Assembly: GCA_964016885.1 (NCBI GenBank)
Contig: OZ024742.1
Location: 211,172,001-211,236,000 of the forward strand
DNA length: 64,000 bases
Source: Eledone cirrhosa
Lineage: Eukaryota
Reading direction: 5' to 3'
Shown here one piece after another: positions 1-11,384 of this stretch; the stretch's first letter is position 1, and every line of letters starts with the position of its first letter. The notes below the pieces were generated by a model. That model was not told the origin of the DNA. It searched no databases and saw only the letters and a program-made list of their open reading frames with translations. The position numbers were made by a program, and so were the translations under genes.

Positions 1-832
1 TAGGAAGGGGATCCTGCCATAGTAACTGTGCCAAACATGGAATATAAAAGCAAGATACAGTTCTCCAACTGGTTTAGTCTTGATCATAACAACTTGTCCA
101 ACCCATAATAGCATAGAAAGTGGACATAAAATGATGATGATGATTATATGTTAACATTTAACATCTGTTTTCCCTGCTAGCATGGGTTGAATGGGTTGTC
201 ATAGACCAAGTTAGTTCTCAAACAAGAATAATTATACCTTTGGCACAACTAAAGAATCTTCTCAACCCTTTTTGGCATGGTTTTTACAAAGGGATGCTCT
301 TCCTATCATTCACCACCTTACAGGGTGCACTGGGTGCATTTTTCATGACACCATCACTAGAGAGGTTGGTCATCAACTCAATGGATGGGCCTTTGACTAC
401 TGAGGCAGAGGGATTAAAAGGGATGAGGAGTATGATGTCATTGGTGTGTGTCAAGTCTGATAATAGTTACTATGAAGTGATAGTGAAGAGGACCATAAAT
501 GAGCTGGAGGGTGTACAGTGAGGGTGAGAATAGCTACGATGAGGTGATAGAGAAGGACTAGGTCATTTCTTTAATGCTGGTAAACAAGTCTACTTCAGTA
601 CCACATTGCCAATCTTTACAGTCCTTGGTCATCTCTGCTGTGGTTTCAGCTTCACTACTTCATCTCATGTCTTCTTATGTGTACCTCTTCCCCAAGTCCC
701 ATCAACTGAGATTTCTCTGCACTTCTTTGTACAACTGTCTTCATGTCCATACCAATGCAGTCTTCTCTTCTCATGCACCATCTCATAAGACCAAGACAAC
801 CCAAGGATAGATGAGTTACAGTCTCCACTATC

Positions 833-900
833 ATGTCACCCCAAACATATGGCCTCCTAGCTCCCCAGACCTGAATCCATAAAACTACTATGTATGTGGC
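833..900 (+). mobile_element. Tc1/mariner-superfamily transposase fragment
   Basis: Reads WPPSSPDLNP*NYYVCG, the SPDLNP motif. Confidence 0.6.
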
Positions 901-1415
901 TGTTTTTCTCTAAAAATGAAAGGCAGATTGTATGATGCATGTATATGAACAGCAATATTACATGGTAGTGAGACTTGGGCATTGTGTGCTGAAGACTTGC
1001 GTAGATTAGAAAGAAATGAATCTTGCATGTTCCGATGGATGTGTAATAGAAATGTGCGCAAAAGGCGAAGCATAAACAAATTAAGAGGGAGACTAAGTAT
1101 AAGGTGTATCAAATGTTGTGTTCTGGAGAGGAGATTGCATTGGTATGGACATGTGATGCATATGAAGGACGACAGCTGTATAAAAAAGTGCAGGGCAATG
1201 AAAATTGATGGAAGCTGTGGAGTGGGTAGACCAAGAAAAACCTGGGACAAGGTGATAAAAACTGACCTTGTTCACCTACACCTCTCTAAGACAATGACAC
1301 TGGGTCGAGACCTTTGGCGCTATGCAGTTGCACAGAAGACCCAATTGCCATTGCATACAAACCTACAGCCAGTAGGCACCACTTAACCCAATGCACACCC
1401 TACCCCATTATCCCC
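901..1415 (+). mobile_element. RTE-clade LINE 3' fragment
   Basis: ORF 982-1386 (RRLHWYGHVMHM...GRPRKTW) is homologous to 62668-63459. Confidence 0.85.
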
Positions 1416-1677
1416 ATAACACTATAAAATTTCTGAAGTCCGTTGTAACTAGCTCAATATCCAAAATACATAAAGATCATCTGATTCGGACATGTCAATA
1501 TTTCAGACTTTGTTGAAGCAGTTATCAATGCTAATGATGGATTCATTGAGTATAGGCATCAAGAAGAGTTTCAAAATTATTCCTACCATTTTTTTCTCAA
1601 ATAAAGTTCTTTCATGACTTATGCATCTTTTACTAAATCCATGCAAATGTCCTCAAGGAATTGAACAATCCTGTGTT

Positions 1678-1717
<40 letters not shown>

Positions 1718-2699
1718 AAAAAAGTAAACAGAAATAACAAAGCAAACGACACAGTACAGTGAAGAAATATATTAGTTTAATGCTTGATATAGTAGGAAAA
1801 GAGTCTTAATATTTTGGACACTAGTCATTCATCAGAAAATAGAATGGGAAATAAAAGATGAAATAGAAGTGAGAAGAGGGAGGAACAGAAACAAAAAAAA
1901 TTTTAAAAAACATGTATTCAGTCAACCATGTTTATATATACACACAACTAAGTACAACTCATTCTCTTTAAGACCATCCCCATGACAAAGCACTAGCTCT
2001 CTATCATTGCCTCCACAGTTGTCCTAAGGACACAATGAGCTGCCAAATGTAATGAGGTAGCACCAGTGACATAAGACACAGCCAGTCCTCCTGGTAAAGT
2101 GGTATTGTTGGTGTTGCAAAAAGCACCCAGTTCACCCTGCAATGTGGTCATGCTGGTACTGCAACAAAAAGCACCTGGTTCACCCTGTAAAGTGAGCAAA
2201 TTGGTGCCATGACAGACAGCACCCTGTAGGGTGGTGCCATGAAAGAAGCTCTTTGTACATGCTGTGAAGTGGTTGACATTAAGATGGGTATTCAACCTTA
2301 GAAACCAAGTCAAAAACAACGTATGAGCAAGACATGGTCACAGAATCTGTCTGATCTTGTAGCATGACAAGCATGGAAAATAGACATTAAATGTGTCTGG
2401 TTGAGAATAGGCATCAGTTTATTATCGGATATCTCCCACTTTCAACATCCTCAATTCAAAGTATTTACTGCACTTAAACCAAGTGGAAAAAAGTGGGAAA
2501 TCCTACTCTGGCTTGTTTGTTACCATACTGACTCTCACCAAAATATATATTGTAGTTGTTAGATAAATTTTAATATTTAATTAAGAATCATAATTATCTT
2601 TTTCATGTCTATGTGTGAGGGATAGAGAGGGATCTTAGAAATAGTTTTAACATCTTTGTTTTCTAATTTTCTTTTTCTATTTCTTTTTTCTTCTAACAG

Positions 2700-2784
2700 C
2701 TGTTTGCTTCAGAACTTGCAAAGCTTATGACCTAGCAAAGAATGCATATTTGAAAGCTGCAGAACTTCAAGCTCAGACAAATGC
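2700..2784 (+). CDS. NAPG: gamma-SNAP internal exon (AVCFRTCKAYDLAKNAYLKAAELQAQTNA); upstream exons not found in the window
   Basis: Polypyrimidine tract and CAG acceptor at 2697-2699. The 85-nt exon aligns to vertebrate gamma-SNAP AVAFKNAKQFEQAKDACLREAVAHENNRA. Donor is GTATCCTTT. Confidence 0.9.
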
Positions 2785-4209
2785 GTATCCTTTCATGGGT
2801 TGTTGACTATTATATTATTTTGCTCATCTCATAATACTTTATGCTATATGCAGAAAGGGAGTAGAAAGGATCTAAAAATAATTTTGTTTCATCATCATCA
2901 TCATCATCGTTTAACGTCCATCTTCCACGCTAGCATGGGTTTGGACGGGAATTTTCCCACTTGAGGCAAGATTGGTTGTCTTGCTCGTATAGGACTGTCT
3001 GGTGGGTTTTCTATGGCTGGATGCCCTTCCTAACACCAACCACGTTTACAGTGTTTCATGACAGAAAATTGAAACTAAGTGAACCAGATGCATTAGAGTA
3101 GCTAGCCATATGATTAAAATTAAACTGAGAGCTATAGATGTCTTATTTTAATGGAAGTGTATCATGAGTTCTGTTATATTGGTGACTAACTGAGATGGAG
3201 TTAGTCATATTGGATTTAATTAAAGGAGACATTTTGAAATCTATTACCATTGTCAGAAACGAAATCCTCTCCATGTGAAGGATAGCTTATAAGAAACATG
3301 CATAAAACAGATGTGCAAGAAGCTAAGACCAGAAAAGATAAAGACCTAAGAACATTGTTCCTACCAGAAGAGATATTATATTGTAAAGTTCTCCATCTTA
3401 TGGCAGCATTTAAAAAAATTATAAAACTGATCATGATCGTCATGATAACATTTTTAGTTTTATTATTTGAAGATTTTAGACATTATATTTACACTCTATT
3501 TTATAAAACTTTTTTCAGTTTCTACAATAAGTTTTCCTTACTGAATGTAAAACGAATATAAGAGAATTCATTGAACAATCTGATAAGTTCAATTACTGTT
3601 AGGAATGAAGAATCTAATATTTCAAGACCTGGCCCATTACAGAGAGTGACAAAGAGAGAGAAAGTAGTGCTGTTGCTTAGGTTGAGTCAGCAACCACATG
3701 GTTTCAGGTTCAGTCCCACTGCATGGCACCGTGAGCAAGTGTCTTCTACAATAATCTTGAGTCAACTTTGTGAGTGAAATTTAGTAGATGGAAATCATGT
3801 GGAAGTCCATCAGAGGGACCTGTCCTTAATCTTGGGTAGTTGATTTAATCTGTTGTCCTGTTTAACACCTGACCAATGGGTGGTAATTTTAGTGGAGTCC
3901 ATTCTTCTGCAAACAATCAGAATAGGTATCTGATCTAAGATAACTTTCTCCCATCAATCACAGAGTCCTTTAAATGAGTAATAGGCACTGTTCTTCTTTT
4001 TTCAAATCATTTAAATTAAATAAAAATCAATATTTCATCTTGAAAATCATTTCTGGATTGTGATGGAACAAAATATTGACTATATTGTGTTTTATTTCTG
4101 TCCAATATCTTGAAGTGTGTTAAGGATTCACCATCTTAGATATGCAATCTGTATTAAAATTTTTTTTAAAACTACTTTCACTAAAGTGTTTTTCCTTAAT
4201 TCTAACTAG
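2785..4209 (+). other. U12-type (minor spliceosome) GT-AG intron of NAPG
   Basis: 5' splice site GTATCCTTT (2785-2793). Branch site TTTTCCTTAAT ends at 4200, followed within 9 nt by TAG (4207-4209), with no polypyrimidine tract. Confidence 0.88.
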
Positions 4210-4227
4210 AAAATTTTATGCTGGCAA
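4210..4227 (+). CDS. NAPG: gamma-SNAP 18-nt microexon ((A)KFYAGK)
   Basis: TAG|AAAATTTTATGCTGGCAA|GTAAGT keeps phase 2 on both sides and matches vertebrate ALFHAAK. Confidence 0.85.
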
Positions 4228-5457
4228 GTAAGTTGTTTACTTTTCTCTTCCTCTCTTCCCACTTTTTCTCTTTCTGTATCCATTTACTCCTCCATTTAAA
4301 AAATCTAAGTTGTAAACAAATTTGGAAGAAACTCGTCACAGAAAACTTACCATCTATGCAGAATCAGTAGTTGTCAGTGTACAGTAATGTTTGCTTCAAT
4401 AAACTGATAACCTCTTGGTGTCTGTCTTCCCTCTGGGTATGGTTGGCCATTGATTTCACTATGAAAAGCTCTTCCAAAGAAATATAATTTAGTTTGAAAC
4501 CTCTGATTCCATGACATTCATTATCCATTCTTATGCTTGCTCAATAAGTATCAACAATGTTTACCATTTTTTTGTCGTAACACTTAACAGTTTCTGTATA
4601 AGCTAGGCAATCTGCCAGTGTGTTTGTATATAATAATATATATAATAATATATATATATATATATGAAACTTGCTCTCCCATGGTGGAATGACACTTGTC
4701 TTCAGCAAGCAAGATGTAGTTTATCTCTGCTCCCACTCTCATCTTACACCCCTCTCGCATCACAGCCGTCCTAGCCTGGCTAAGACACAAGTACCCTAGT
4801 GTTGTAATTAGGTAGTGTTGGGGGCCTTGATAAAATAAATCTACTCCACTCTGTAAAGTAATAATGCTGGAGCCACAATAAAAAGTACACAGTTCACCCT
4901 GTCGTGCTGGTTCCATGATAAAATGCACCCAGTCATCATTATCATCAATGTTTAACATCTATTTTCAGTGCTTGTATGAGTTAGATAGGTTGTCACATTA
5001 GAGGACAGATCAGGTGACTGTATCTTGCTCATACAGAACTGTTTCTGGATTGGTTTCTATGGCTGGATACCTTTCCTAACACCAACCACATTACAGTGTA
5101 GACTGGGTACTTTTAGGAAGCACATTCAGCTGTAAAAACTATATCGAAAAATAGAACATATGCACAAGACTTGCTCACCTGACCAATCTAGCCGCAGAAC
5201 ATAACAATTCGTCCAACCCATGCACGCACAGAAAATAGACATTCAATCAATAATAATTGTTTCTACTTTTTGGCACAAGGCCAGCAATTATCCCAGTACA
5301 TTACTGGTACTTTATTTTATCAACCCCGTAAGGATGAAAGGCAAAGTTAACCTCGGTGGGATTTGAACTTAGAATGGCAAGGGCCATAACTCTATGCGTC
5401 AAAGCATGGCGTCCGACCCTCTACCGATACTGCTTACGATATATATATATATATATA

Positions 5458-5822
5458 TCATCATCATCATCATCATCGTTTAACGTCCATGATCCACGCT
5501 TGCATGGGTTTGGACGGGAGTTTTCCCACTTGAGGCAAGATTGGTTGTCTTGCTCGCATAGGACTGTCTGGCGGGTTTTCTACAGCTGGATGCCCTTCCT
5601 AACACCAACCACATTTACAGTGTGGGACTGGGAGGTTTTTACCGTGTTACCTACACGGCCACATTACAGCGTGGACTGTGTGTTTTTTTGTTGTGACACC
5701 TACACGATCTCATTTGTTTCGGCCTGGATGTTGTGGCACCAACATAACTTTACATTGAAAGGGGTGGTGTGGATGGGGTGGGGGTAGTGGGACGGGGGTG
5801 TATTTTGTTAGAGGTACCTACT
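5458..5822 (-). mobile_element. 5'-truncated RTE copy consisting of the long 3' UTR and (GAT)n tail
   Basis: Near-colinear reverse complement of 63443-63812. Confidence 0.85.
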
Positions 5823-5833
5823 GACTGTAGTAG

Positions 5834-5866
<33 letters not shown>

Positions 5867-6053
5867 GCCGATTGTGTGTCAAAATCATCACAACTTTTTA
5901 GATGGCAGGCAATGAGAGAGAGTTCTAATGTTTTGTGTGTTTTACTTCATTTTATTGTTCTCTCTGCTTGTTTTCATGAGCTTTTGTGCATGTTTTTTTC
6001 AATTAAATTAATTTTTATGTATTTTTGTAAATGTTTCCTTTATCATATTTTAG

Positions 6054-6194
6054 GAGCTATGAACAGGTAGCATTACTCAGCAAAGAAACCAAACACTTGG
6101 AGCAGGCTGCAGAATTACTTGAAAAAGCTTCAGCAATGTTCCTGGAACATGGGACGCCTGATTCAGCACGGTTTGCACTTGAGAAAGGAGCTAA
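6054..6194 (+). CDS. NAPG: gamma-SNAP exon (SYEQVALLSKETKHLEQAAELLEKASAMFLEHGTPDSARFALEKGAK)
   Basis: TAG acceptor and GTATGT donor. Strong match to gamma-SNAP AYEQ...EKASMMYLENGTPDTAAMALERAGK. Confidence 0.95.
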
Positions 6195-6374
6195 GTATGT
6201 TTATTTAACTCTTTCATTACCATATTACTAATGAAATACACTGCCTATGTGTTTCAATTCATTTAAAAAATAATAAAAAATTTGGTATTGTCTCCACTCC
6301 ATTTCAACATCCTCAGTCTACTTAGGGTGTTCTCTGAATTTGAATACAATAGTATCCACATACCTGGTCCAGTA

Positions 6375-8571
6375 AATAGACTAGCATTATAATGTCTGTA
6401 ACTCAATAGACTAGCATTATAATGTCTGTAACTCAATAGACTAGCATTATAATGTCTGTAACTCAATAGACTAGCATTATAATGTCTCTCACTAAATAGA
6501 CTAGCATTATAATGTCTGTAACTCAATAGACTAACATTATAATGTCTGTAACTCAATAGACTGGCATTATGCCTGTAACTCAATAGACTGGCATTATAAT
6601 GTCTGTAACTCAATAGACTAGCATTATAATGTCCCTAACTCAATAGATTAGCATTATAATGTCTCTCACTCAATAGACTAGCATTATAATGTCTGTAACT
6701 CAATAGACTAGCATTATAATGCCTGTAACTCAATAGACTGGCATTATAATGTCTGTAACTCAATAGACTAGCATTATAATGTCTGTAACTCAATAGACTA
6801 GCATTATAATGTCTGTAACTCAATAGACTAACATTATAATGTCTGTAACTCAATAGACTAGCATTATAATGTCTGTAACTCAATAGACTAACATTATAAT
6901 GTCTGTAACTCAATAGACTGGCATTATGTCTGTAACTCAATAGACTGGCATTAAAATGTCTGTAACTCAATAGACTTGCATTATAATGTCTGTAACTCAA
7001 TAGACTAGCATTATAATGTCTGTAACTCAATAGACTAGCATTATAATGTCCCTAGCTCAATAGACTAGCATTATAATGTCTGTAACTCAATAGACTAGCA
7101 TTATAATGTCTGTAACTCAATAGACTAGCATTATAATGTCTCTCACTAAATAGACTAGCATTATAATGTCTGTAACTCAATAGACTAGCATTATAATGTC
7201 TGTAACTCAATAGACTAGCATTATAATGCCTGTAACTCAATAGACTGGCATTATAATGTCTGTAACTCAATAGACTAGCATTATAATGTCCCTAACTCAA
7301 TAGACTAGCATTATAATGTCTCTCACTCAATAGACTAGCATTATAATGTCTGTAACTCAATAGACTAGCATTATAATGTCTGTAACTCAATAGACTAGCA
7401 TTATAATGCCTGTAACTCAATAGACTGGCATTATAATGTCTGTAACTCAATAGACTGGCATTATAATGTCTGTAACTCAATAGACTGGCATTATAATGTC
7501 TGTAACTCAATAGACTGGCATTATAATGTCTGTAACTCAATAGACTGGCATTATAATGTCTGTAACTCAATAGACTAGCATTATAATGTCTCTCACTCAA
7601 TAGACTAGCATTATAATGTCTGTAACTCAATAGACTAGCATTATAATGTCTGTAACTCAATAGACTAGCATTATAATGCCTGTAACTCAATAGACTGGCA
7701 TTATAATGTCTGTAACTCAATAGACTAGCATTATAATGTCCCTAACTCAATAGACTAGCATTATAATGTCTCTCACTCAATAGACTAGCATTATAATGTC
7801 TGTAACTCAATAGACTAGCATTATAATGTCTGTAACTCAATAGACTAGCATTATAATGCCTGTAACTCAATAGACTGGCATTATAATGTCTGTAACTCAA
7901 TAGACTGGCATTATAATGTCTGTAACTCAATAGACTAGCATTATAATGTCTCTAACTCAATAGACTAGCATTATAATGTCTGTAACTCAATAGACTAACA
8001 TTATAATGTCTGTAACTCAATAGACTAGCATTATAATGTCTCTAACTCAATAGACTAGCATTATAATGTCTGTAACTCAATAGACTAGCATTATAATGTC
8101 TCTAACTCAATAGACTGGCATTATAATGTCTATAACTCAATAGACTAGCATTATAATGTCTGTAACTCAATAGACTAGCATTATAATGTCTGTAACTCAA
8201 TAGACTAGCATTATAATGTCTGTAACTCAATAGACTGGCATTATAATGTCTGTAACTCAATAGACTAGCATTATAATGTCTGTAACTCAATAGACTGGCA
8301 TTATAATGTCTCTAACTCAAGGCGGTGGATTGGCAGTATCGGTGGAGGGTCGGACGCCATGCTTTCCAGCATAGTTATGTCCCTTTACGATCTGAGTTCA
8401 AATCCCGCCGAGTTTGACTTTGCCTTTCATCCTTACGGGGTCGATAAAATAAAGTACCAGTAATGCACTGGGTAATTGCTGGCCTTGTGCCTAAAGTAGA
8501 AACAATTATAATGTCTTTAACTACATAGACTGGCATTATAATGTCTGTAACTCAATAGACTAGCATTATAA
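6375..8571. repeat. 30-bp minisatellite (AATAGACTAGCATTATAATGTCTGTAACTC)n, about 65 units then a SINE then about 2 more units
   Basis: Visible 30-nt periodicity. The unit contains the palindrome CATTATAATG. Confidence 0.97.
8321..8508 (+). mobile_element. tRNA-derived SINE with Meta-like central domain; other copies near 5252-5433(-), 18150-18300(-), 25893-26100(-), 26808-26970(-), 28922-29085(-), 32400-32540(-)
   Basis: B-box GAGTTCAAATCC, central GACTTTGCCTTTCATCCTTACGGGGTCGATAAAATAAAGTACCAG, tail GGCCTTGTGCCTAAAGTAGAAAC. Many dispersed copies in the window. Confidence 0.8.
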
Positions 8572-8675
8572 GTAGTTTGTCATCAGTACCTTATAACAAC
8601 CATACAGTTATTGATTTTCGTTCTTTTTATTTATATTTCATTTTATTTTAATTAAATAATTTCCTTTCATTACAG

Positions 8676-8742
8676 AATAGTTGAACAAGAATTCCCTTTA
8701 AAAGCAGTCCATATGTACAAAAAAGCTAGTGCCATTGCCGAT
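8676..8742 (+). CDS. NAPG: gamma-SNAP exon (IVEQEFPLKAVHMYKKASAIAD)
   Basis: CAG/GTAAGT boundaries, 67 nt, phase-compatible with neighbours. Matches LIENVDPEKAVQLY. Confidence 0.92.
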
Positions 8743-9397
8743 GTAAGTTAAACATTTTTAATATACTGATGTAACTGATGGTGAGGGCACACAGTTTGTT
8801 TATCATCATTCTTCACACACATACAAATATATGTGGCTTAGTGGTTAGAGAACTAGATTTGCAATCATCAGGTTGCAAGTTTACTTCCCAGACCAGATGA
8901 TGTGTTATGTCCTTGAGCAAGATATTTTATTTCACATTACTCTTTCTGCCAAGAGTTGTGACCAGTAGATAATATCAGCAATGGAAAGATCAATAGAAAC
9001 ATTGATCCAATTTGACAAGTTCCACCTTGTCTATTGTTTAAAGAATTTACAATTCTCTGAGCTGGGGATTAGCCCTGTGACTGACTGGTGTCCCATCCAG
9101 GAGAAGAGTCTTGTACTCTTAGTCACTTAATATTTCATGAAATTGGGATAAGCTCTGACTTTTGTCCATTCTGTGCAAGCATGGAAGAACAGACATAAAA
9201 TGATGAATCTCTCATTCTTTTACTGATTTTATAATTGATCTGCAGCCATGCTGGAGCACTGCTTTCAAAGATTTTAATTAAGTCATTTTGACCCAAAGCT
9301 GCTACTTAATGATTTCAATGAAATAAGTTACTTTTGACGTAAAAGAACACAACTCGACTCCAGTAAACATAAACATCAATTCAAACTCACATATATA

Positions 9398-10708
9398 TCA
9401 TCATCATTTTACATATTTCCATGCTTATATGGGTTGGGTGGGTCCATTTCAGCATAGCATCGCTTCACTTGTTGCAATCCTTTGTCATCACTACCATGAG
9501 TTTCAGCAATTTGAGATTAACTCTCACCACTTCCACCCAGGTCCTCCTTGGTTTTTCTCTTTTTGGGTTTCTTAGCATCTCTTCACCCGGTGATCATCAT
9601 TCATGTGCATCACATGTCCATACCCGTGTGGTCTTCTCTCTTACACACTACTTCTGATTCCCTTTATACTCAGTTTCTCTTTTAGTTCATCCATGCTTTT
9701 TTGTTCATGCACATTAACATAGCACATCCATTGAAAAATGTTTAATTCATTTCTCTCCTGCCTTTACATATCCTCTGCAGTCATTCCCCATGTCTCACTA
9801 CCATGCAGCATTGCACATTGTACACACGCATCATACAGCTGACCTCATTTGTAGGAAGAAACCTTTTGTTGTCAACAGAGGTAGTAGCTCTTTAAACTTC
9901 TTTCATCCTGTTCTTATTCTAGCTATGCACTTGGAGCATGCTCCTCTACTGTTAATTAGGTCAACTAAATAGCAGAAGCTACCAACCACTTCTATGGATC
10001 CTATCTGAGATTGAAAAAGGCGTATATCACTGACACTCTTACTATCAATTTTCCCTGAACATCTATTACATACAAAGTCTGTCTTTCCTGTTAGTCTGCT
10101 TGCTATCCTGCTCACTTCTTGTGTATGCAACATTTGCATTGTGTACATAGTGTAGAGTTTCTACCAACTCCTTTTCTGCTTTTTTGCAAAGCCATTTCCC
10201 TGATGGCATCAGGGCTTTGTCTTCTTTCCTACTTATTAACACTAGTTCATTCTTAATCTGTCTTAAACGCCTAAAGGACTATAATAAACAGAAGTGAGTT
10301 GGGAGCAGAGTCCTGTACTTTTAATTTCTTACTAAACTCACTTCCTACTCTCACTTTATTGACAGCTTCTTTGTACATACTTTACACTGTTCTCACAAGC
10401 CATTCTTCTACACCTAGTGCCCTTAAGGACCACCAGATGACACATCATGGTACTGTCAAAATGAAAAGGTGATGCATTAGAAAAAAGCAACTACAGAGGC
10501 ATAACACTAATGGACCAAGTTTTGAAAGTGACAGAAAGAGTTCTAGCACAACTTATTAGGGAAAGAGTCAAATTAGATGAAATGCAGTTTGGTTTTATGC
10601 CAGGAATGAATACTGCATATGCTCTCTTCTTAGTGTGACAACTACAAGAGAAGCTCTTAGCTAAGAGTAAGCCTCTATATTTAGCTTTTGTTGATCTAGA
10701 GAAGGCCT
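9398..10708 (-). mobile_element. Degenerate RTE LINE with an inverted 5' segment (10461-10708 on +)
   Basis: Minus part runs from FD.VP..VIWWSL to the (GAT)n tail. Plus part encodes KGDAL...NYRGI...AFVDLEKA. Confidence 0.8.
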
Positions 10709-10714
10709 CAGTGG

Positions 10715-10990
10715 TTTACTTGAGCAGCTGATTTTCATGACTGTGACATGCTGATCTTCATCCCCTAGTATTGACAGCATCTGTTCACTCTGTCTGTGTC
10801 TTTATAGTAGTTCCTTGTTTTCATTTGAGGTGCTTTGGTTGTTAGCAAATAGAGTTCATTTAGGACCTCTGGGTCTAAGTTGGTGTATTTGGTAGTTTTA
10901 TCCATGTACACTCTAAACAGTTGCAGTGACAGTACACAACCCTGTTTCACCCCAGATTTCATTGGAACCAGCTGGATATTCCATATAGGA
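10715..10990 (-). mobile_element. Old LINE reverse transcriptase fragment
   Basis: GVKQGCVLSLQLF motif in ORF 10765-10962. Confidence 0.6.
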
Positions 10991-11384
10991 TTTTGATGTA
11001 GATCACATTGATGTTGTCAATGAGAGTTGCCCCTTCATACATACAGTTCCACTACTAGAGCTTGTTCCCGTCAACTGTCAAATGTGTTCTTTTGATTTAT
11101 GAAGACAAAATGAATTTTTTTTTATGTTTGTATGCTCTCTCTGATATATGATAGAAAGCAAATATACTTAATCTTACTTTGTGGCAAGTCTTCTGCTACA
11201 AAATGTTTCTTTCAAGAATGACATCTCTTATGAAGGGAGTAAAAAGATAGGCTCCTTCTGTAACCAGTGATCAAAGAAGTTGACTATAAGATTCCCCAGA
11301 ACAAAGAAACAAACATGCTACAAAATGGACTCCTTTATACATATGAAAGTATTTTATAAGGAAAAAATTATCTAAAAGTGCAAT

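Noticed and set aside
6263-8290. Minus-strand ORFs repeating SYRHYNASLL
   Set aside because: Artefact of a 30-bp unit with one stop-free frame. Broken by sporadic stops and lying antisense inside an intron.
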